64,000 bases of DNA from an uncultured cyanobacterium (GTDB lineage: Bacteria; Cyanobacteriota; Cyanobacteriia; Cyanobacteriales; Cyanobacteriaceae), in contig CAVQBA010000004.1 in the NCBI GenBank assembly GCA_963710605.1, forward strand, positions 800,001 to 864,000, given 5' to 3'. Of the stretch, positions 58,672 through 64,000 are shown piece by piece. Below the pieces are notes generated by a model, which saw only the letters and a program-made list of their open reading frames with translations, was not told the DNA's origin and made no database searches. Made by a program: the position numbers and the translations under genes. Every line of letters starts with the position of its first letter. The stretch's first letter is position 1.

Positions 58672-58718
58672 GTTGGTCAAATTTATTATTGCCAGAACGG
58701 TTACTTGGAGGCTCTTAA

Positions 58719-60284
58719 GTGAAGTTAGTTAGCGATCCACCCATCAAGGTCAAGATTGACAAAATGAAGCAACGAGTCCGATGGCAAGACGCACTTATCA
58801 AAGAAAAATCGATCGATCAAACCAGACTTTTTATTGATGATGGTAATAGTGATAATCCTGAATTTTCTTTTTTAACGATCGGTGATAGTGGTTACTCTCA
58901 ACATTATGATCATCATCCCCAACGTCAAATAGCTCAAATGATGTTAGAGCAAGAAGAAACTAACTTTATTCTACATACAGGAGACGTTGTCTATCAAGTT
59001 GGTTCAAAAGAATATTATCATGATAATTTTATCGAGCCATACCGAGAATATTTAGTCGGGGGCAAATATCCTGAACTAATTAACTACGATGATTTAGTTT
59101 TTAATTTACCCTTCTTACCAACACTAGGTAATCACGACTATTATGATTTACCTGTTTTAGCTGGTTTTCTCTCTCAAGCTACTTGGGGGTTAAGACGTTT
59201 GTTGCCTCTTAATTTAGAACTAGATGTTGGTTGGCACGGCTCTTTTCAAGGTGAAGCTTATAGCAAAGCCTTCTTAGATTATTTACTCGAAATTAGATCG
59301 GAAAATGCTTTAGCACAACATTTAGATCAACATTACACTCATCAGATTAATAATACTCGTTGTCTATCTTATCAACCTGAAAAATTTACTCGTTTACCTA
59401 ATCGTTACTATCATTTTACCTATGGCGGAATTGATTTTTTTGCTTTAGATTCTAATACTTTCAATGCACCTTCTCCTCTTCCTGATACCGCTCAAGGAGA
59501 TGAAATGCGTCAGCAATTAGTCATTCGTCAGCAAAAATTAGAACAACGAAAACAAAAACTGTGGGAAGAAATCCAAAAACTAATTTGGAATAACAATACA
59601 GAAAATGAACTAACAGACGACAAAAAAGTAAAAATAGAGCAAATTGAAGAAGAATTACGAGATATAGAAAAAAGATTAGATCAAGATCAAATAACCACAG
59701 ATGTAGAACAATTAGATTGGCTTAAAGACAGACTAATCGCTTCTTGGCAAAATCCTGAAATACGAGGCAGAGTAGTTTATTTCCATCATCCTCCTTATGT
59801 TACCGAACAGAGTAAATGGAAACAAGGTCAAACACTTGCTGTACGCCAACGATTACGTCATGTTTTCGATCGAGTTGCTCAAGTAGTCGGTGAGCAAATT
59901 CCAGCAAAAAAAGGAATTGTTAATTTAGTTTTATCAGGTCATGCTCATTGCCTCGAACATCTTTATACTGAAGATACAGGTCATGCTGATTCGTTTATTA
60001 ATTGGGTTGTTTGTGGTGGTAGTGGGCATAGTTTACGTCGTCAACGAGTAGAAGGTGATATTCTGACAGAAACTGATGAACAAGGTAACGATCGTCAAGT
60101 AGCTAAATCATTAACTTTTATCGGACGTAATGGGCATGGAGCGAGTAAACGTAAGCCCTATTCTTTTTTAAAGGTTGAAGTTCGTTCTGGTAATTCAGTT
60201 GAATTTGTACTACATTACTATATTGCTGAACGTTTTCAAGGCAAATGGCATACTCGTAAATTAGATCCTGTCATCATTAATTAA
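58719..60284 (+). CDS. Calcineurin-like metallophosphoesterase with coiled-coil insert
   Basis: GDSG, GDVVY, GNHD, HHPPY, GHAH motifs. Confidence 0.9.
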   Translation: MKLVSDPPIKVKIDKMKQRVRWQDALIKEKSIDQTRLFIDDGNSDNPEFSFLTIGDSGYSQHYDHHPQRQIAQMMLEQEETNFILHTGDVVYQVGSKEYYHDNFIEPYREYLVGGKYPELINYDDLVFNLPFLPTLGNHDYYDLPVLAGFLSQATWGLRRLLPLNLELDVGWHGSFQGEAYSKAFLDYLLEIRSENALAQHLDQHYTHQINNTRCLSYQPEKFTRLPNRYYHFTYGGIDFFALDSNTFNAPSPLPDTAQGDEMRQQLVIRQQKLEQRKQKLWEEIQKLIWNNNTENELTDDKKVKIEQIEEELRDIEKRLDQDQITTDVEQLDWLKDRLIASWQNPEIRGRVVYFHHPPYVTEQSKWKQGQTLAVRQRLRHVFDRVAQVVGEQIPAKKGIVNLVLSGHAHCLEHLYTEDTGHADSFINWVVCGGSGHSLRRQRVEGDILTETDEQGNDRQVAKSLTFIGRNGHGASKRKPYSFLKVEVRSGNSVEFVLHYYIAERFQGKWHTRKLDPVIIN

Positions 60285-60419
60285 AAGAACTTTTACAAAA
60301 TAGATTAGAAAAAGATCTTGATGAAGAAGTAAAAGAATACGTACACTCAGTTATCAATAAAATTTAAGTTGATCATCAAAAAAGTAATCGATCGTATTTT
60401 TTTCAAATTAATGAATAAT

Positions 60420-60677
60420 TTAGTAATGATAACGACAAGCTAGAATTCTAATTTTGTCATCAAAAATTTGGTAAACTAAACGATGTTCTTTGTCTATTCT
60501 TCTTGACCAACAACCAGACAAATCATGTTTTAATCGCTCTGGTTTACCTGTACCTTCAAAGGGATTTTTTTGTATTTCTTTAATCAGTTTAATAATTTTA
60601 AGTGCTTTTTTACGATCATTTTCTACCCACCATGCTAAATCCTCAAAGCCATCAAGATCAAATTCCAAGTTTTTCAC
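60420..60677 (-). CDS. yoeB: Txe/YoeB family toxin
   Basis: PFEGTGKPERLK..WSRRIDKEHRLVY..CRYHY. Confidence 0.95.
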   Translation of the reverse strand: MKNLEFDLDGFEDLAWWVENDRKKALKIIKLIKEIQKNPFEGTGKPERLKHDLSGCWSRRIDKEHRLVYQIFDDKIRILACRYHY

Positions 60678-60867
60678 AAGCTTCTTCTAAAGATATTCCT
60701 GTTTGACGATTTTTTGCTGATAATAGTCTTTTTTTCATGGTTTCGCTTTTGAGCAAATAACTTGTTTCATCTTCGTCTAGCAATTCTTGCCAAATTTTGA
60801 TGGGTACTATTACAGCAATTTTATTTCCTTGTTCATCAGATATGTATTGAAGATTCGTCACATTCAT
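60658..60867 (-). CDS. Antitoxin of YoeB module (YefM-like C-terminal half)
   Basis: Overlaps toxin; ETSYLLKS..MKKRL resembles YefM neutralising helix. Confidence 0.8.
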   Translation of the reverse strand: MNVTNLQYISDEQGNKIAVIVPIKIWQELLDEDETSYLLKSETMKKRLLSAKNRQTGISLEEACEKLGI

Positions 60868-61096
60868 AAAGAAAAATTTTTTACAGACTTGGTTTGATTT
60901 ATTTTATCAAATAAACAATAGCTTTCATTTCGATCGTTGATTATGTAGAAGCAAGTTAAATCATTTAATGTCTGATAGAAAGTATCTTTGGAAGATCTAA
61001 ATCTTTAAATACAGAAAGCTCGATCGATCATCAGTTCAATTTATTGCACGATAGGTTAATTTATCTGACTATGATATGATGGATTGTCTAATTCAA

Positions 61097-61223
61097 TAAA
61101 TCGGTTCTTAAGTTATAAAGGCTTAAGAGGAAACAGGGAAAGCGTAGTTCAAATCTACCACTGTCCCGCAACTGTGATTGAGGAAAAATAAAAACCTCAT
61201 TAGTCAGGATGCCTGTCGATTTC
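61097..61223 (+). ncRNA. Cobalamin riboswitch
   Basis: AACAGGGAA..CACTGTCCCGCAACTGTGA B12 box..AGTCAGGATGCCTGTC upstream of cbiM. Confidence 0.92.
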
Positions 61224-61256
61224 AATTCACTTTAGTTTTAATCTGCGAGGTACAGT

Positions 61257-62021
61257 TTGAACGCACAATCTAAAAAGATCTGTCTATTATCAATGGCGGG
61301 TTTAAGTTTTTTGCTGGTAATATTTTCGACTCAACCAGCTTATGCAATGCACATAGCCGAGGGTTTTCTTCCCGTTCAGTGGGCTATCTTCTGGTGGTTA
61401 GTCTCTTTACCGTTTATCATAGTTGGTTTTCGATCGCTTAACCGAATTACAAAACAAAATCCCGAATTGAAGTTGTTACTCGCCTTAGCTGGTGCATTTG
61501 GCTTTGTTTTATCAGCTTTAAAACTACCTTCGGTTACAGGTAGTAGCTCACACCCCACAGGCACAGGGTTAGGTGCAATTTTATTTGGTCCTAGCGTGAT
61601 GACAGTATTGGGTAGTCTAATCTTACTTTTTCAAGCAGTTTTACTCGCTCACGGCGGTTTAACTACTCTGGGTGCAAATATCTTTTCGATGGCAATAGTT
61701 GGTCCAATTGTAGCTTATTTCATCTATCGTTTTTTTCTGGCTATTAATCAAGCAAAATTAGGTCTTTTTGCAGGTGCAATGTTAGGTAACTTAGCCACAT
61801 ATTTAGTTACAGCTATGCAACTAGCGATCGCTTTTCCTGCTGATAATGGTGGTATTCTGACTGCATTTAGCAAATTTGCGGTGATTTTTGCTTGGACTCA
61901 AATACCCTTAGCAATTGTTGAAGGTTTACTCACTATCTTAGTTTGGAATTGGCTTCAATCTTACGCTACAGACGAATTAAAAATTATTAATCTACTCAAA
62001 ACTTCAGCCGCAACTAAATAA
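61257..62021 (+). CDS. cbiM: Cobalt ECF transporter S component CbiM
   Basis: Signal peptide then [27 protein letters not shown]. Confidence 0.95.
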   Translation: MNAQSKKICLLSMAGLSFLLVIFSTQPAYAMHIAEGFLPVQWAIFWWLVSLPFIIVGFRSLNRITKQNPELKLLLALAGAFGFVLSALKLPSVTGSSSHPTGTGLGAILFGPSVMTVLGSLILLFQAVLLAHGGLTTLGANIFSMAIVGPIVAYFIYRFFLAINQAKLGLFAGAMLGNLATYLVTAMQLAIAFPADNGGILTAFSKFAVIFAWTQIPLAIVEGLLTILVWNWLQSYATDELKIINLLKTSAATK

Positions 62022-62025
62022 TAAT

Positions 62026-62388
62026 ATGACTCAACTATCTAATCAAAAACCAAATCCAACTCCTAAAACCCCCCGTCAAGGTAATTGGTGGCTTATCTCT
62101 GGGGTAATTGTCTTAATTGCTTTTCCGTTACTTTTTATCAAAGGTGAATACAATGGTGCTGATGGACAAGCTCATGATGTTGTTTTAGAAATTCAACCAG
62201 ATTACGAACCTTGGTTTAATACTCTTACCGAACCTGCTAGTGGTGAAGTAGAAAGTTTCTTGTTCGCTACTCAAGCGGCTTTGGGTGCGGGTGCGATCGG
62301 TTATATCATTGGTTTGTACAAAGGCAGGAAGGAAGAATTGAGAATTGAGATGAATTCTTGCTTGAAGCAATTATTCGGTGAGAATTGA
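62026..62388 (+). CDS. cbiN: Cobalt transport protein CbiN
   Basis: GADGQA, PDYEPWF, SGEVESFLFATQAALGAG. Confidence 0.93.
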   Translation: MTQLSNQKPNPTPKTPRQGNWWLISGVIVLIAFPLLFIKGEYNGADGQAHDVVLEIQPDYEPWFNTLTEPASGEVESFLFATQAALGAGAIGYIIGLYKGRKEELRIEMNSCLKQLFGEN

Positions 62389-62415
62389 GAATAAATAATT
62401 AATAGTGGATAATAT

Positions 62416-62456
62416 TACTTCTTACTTCTTACTTCTTACTTCTTACTTTTTACTTA
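62416..62456. repeat. Heptamer tandem repeat TACTTCT
   Basis: Direct reading between cbiN and cbiQ. Confidence 0.85.
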
Positions 62457-62463
62457 ATTATTT

Positions 62464-63256
62464 GTGGTTTACCAAATAGATTCTCTAGCGTATTCTAATA
62501 AGCTACGATCGTTAAAAACAGAACATAAATTAGGATTTGCCCTTTCACTTTTTATCCTCAGTTATTTAGCACCTACCCATGTTCAAATTTTAATTACTTT
62601 ATGGCTAATGATTTGGATTGTGGTTTATGCAGGTATTCCTGTGTTAGTTTATCGTCGATTGCTTGTTTTAGCTCTTGATTTTTTGGTGTACGAGTCTTCC
62701 TGCTTTGATTTTAGGTATTACTATTGGTTCGATCGATCGTAGTTTATCGATCGATCTAATCTGGAGTTTACAATTAGATCAAATCGGAATCTACATTAGC
62801 CGTAAAGGTTTAGAACAAGCAATAACTATACTTACAAGGACTGTTTCGCTTACCTCTTGTATGTACTTTATTTTATTGACTATTCCTTGGAGTGAAACAA
62901 TTCGAGTTTTGCAAAAATGTGGCTGTCCTTCTTTATTGTGTGAGTTGTTGTTGTTAATGTATCGTTTTATTTTTGTCCTCACTCAGACAGCTAGCGAATT
63001 ATTAATTGCTCAAAAATCAAGATTAGGTTTTCGTACTTACAAGACTGCGATTAAAAGTATTAGTTTAATTATCGCTCAACTGCTACAACGATCGATCGAA
63101 AATTACCGAGAAATATCTTTAGGTTTGGCAGGAAGAGGATTTACGGGAGAATTAAAAATCTGGCATTCTCGCACTAGTAAACTAAATTGGCGTTATTTAA
63201 TTGAAGCGATCGCTGGATATTGTTTTCTGTTGATACTAACTTTTTCAACTAATTAA
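62464..63256 (+). CDS. cbiQ: Cobalt ECF transporter T component CbiQ, split by a +1 frameshift near 62674
   Basis: IDSLAYSNKLR, LMYRFIF, AQKSRLG, RGFTG; one-base removal gives 263 aa. Confidence 0.88.
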
Positions 63257-63334
63257 CAATTATATAGCGATCGTGTTGTTGATAATTAATAATCAAATTA
63301 ACTATCAACGATGAGTCAGTGAATCGATAAATAC

Positions 63335-64000
63335 TTATCTTTTTGTACTAACTGAGCTTAGTAAAGTCGCAATCGGATTAGTAATCCAATTTAAAGCAAC
63401 TGCTAATTGATGCTCAGGTGTAGGTAAACGATATAGATAAACTAAACGTCTAGCAAAATAAGCCAATCCACCGTCTAACTCCATTCCTAATCCGCTAAGG
63501 GTGGCAGTATCTGCACCTAGAGTTAACATTTCTCCTAAAGGTTGATATTTGAAAGTTAACATTGGCTTGTCTTCAATACTTGCCCAGATATTCCAAGCAC
63601 AATAATCAGATTGTTGGAAGGCAACTTGAGCAGTAGAAGCAATCGAATTTCCATCTTTATCCTGAGAGGCAACTAAATCACCTAAAGCAAATACATCAGG
63701 ATTATCTTCTACTTGCAAATGGGGGTTGATTTTGATTTGACCTTTTTCGTTTTTAGGGAATGGGAAAGTATTTTCGATCGTAATAGGTGTTGTGCCTATT
63801 GTCCAAACAACTATATCTGTCGGAATAACATCTACTTGACCTTTATATTTTAAACTAATTTGATTAGCTTCTACTGACTCAACTTCGGTATCTAAATCCA
63901 ACCAAATTTTGTTATCACTTAAAGCTTTTTTCGCTTTTTCTTGGTTAAAAGTCGGCGAATCGAGTAAGATTTCTGTATTTCGATCGATAATTCGCATTCT
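63335..64000 (-). CDS. Type II NADH dehydrogenase family protein, C-terminal part (truncated by window edge)
   Basis: VVWTIG, VFALGD, TAQVAFQQ, GEMLTLG, RRLVYLYRLP. Confidence 0.88.
   Translation of the reverse strand, partial: RMRIIDRNTEILLDSPTFNQEKAKKALSDNKIWLDLDTEVESVEANQISLKYKGQVDVIPTDIVVWTIGTTPITIENTFPFPKNEKGQIKINPHLQVEDNPDVFALGDLVASQDKDGNSIASTAQVAFQQSDYCAWNIWASIEDKPMLTFKYQPLGEMLTLGADTATLSGLGMELDGGLAYFARRLVYLYRLPTPEHQLAVALNWITNPIATLLSSVSTKR

Overview
AT-rich cyanobacterial chromosomal segment (nblB, dgdA, pirA, cyanobacterial 6S RNA and abundant CGATCG/HIP1-core sites; Cyanobacterium/Geminocystis-like by inference only). It is mostly housekeeping: pstSCAB, uppP, DHH-CBS tRNA nucleotidyltransferase, ClC, tadA, uvrB, fmt, larC, gyrA/parC-like, pyrG, ilvD, ldhA, and cbiMNQ behind a cobalamin riboswitch. 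Small accessory cassettes, MITE-like elements, GTAG palindromes and heptamer tandem repeats are interspersed. No CRISPR array, tRNA, rRNA, integrase or transposase was seen. The most notable observations are: (1) an unassigned 16-bp quasi-palindrome lying exactly 22 bp upstream of a TAnnnT -10 box in five promoters of putative stress/envelope genes; (2) a translationally coupled two-gene module of unknown function bracketed by a 64-bp duplication of the tadA 5' end; (3) small accessory cassettes repeatedly bounded by CGATCG; (4) an SGNH hydrolase inserted inside a degenerate beta-propeller phytase; (5) five genes broken by single-base lesions, probably consensus errors.
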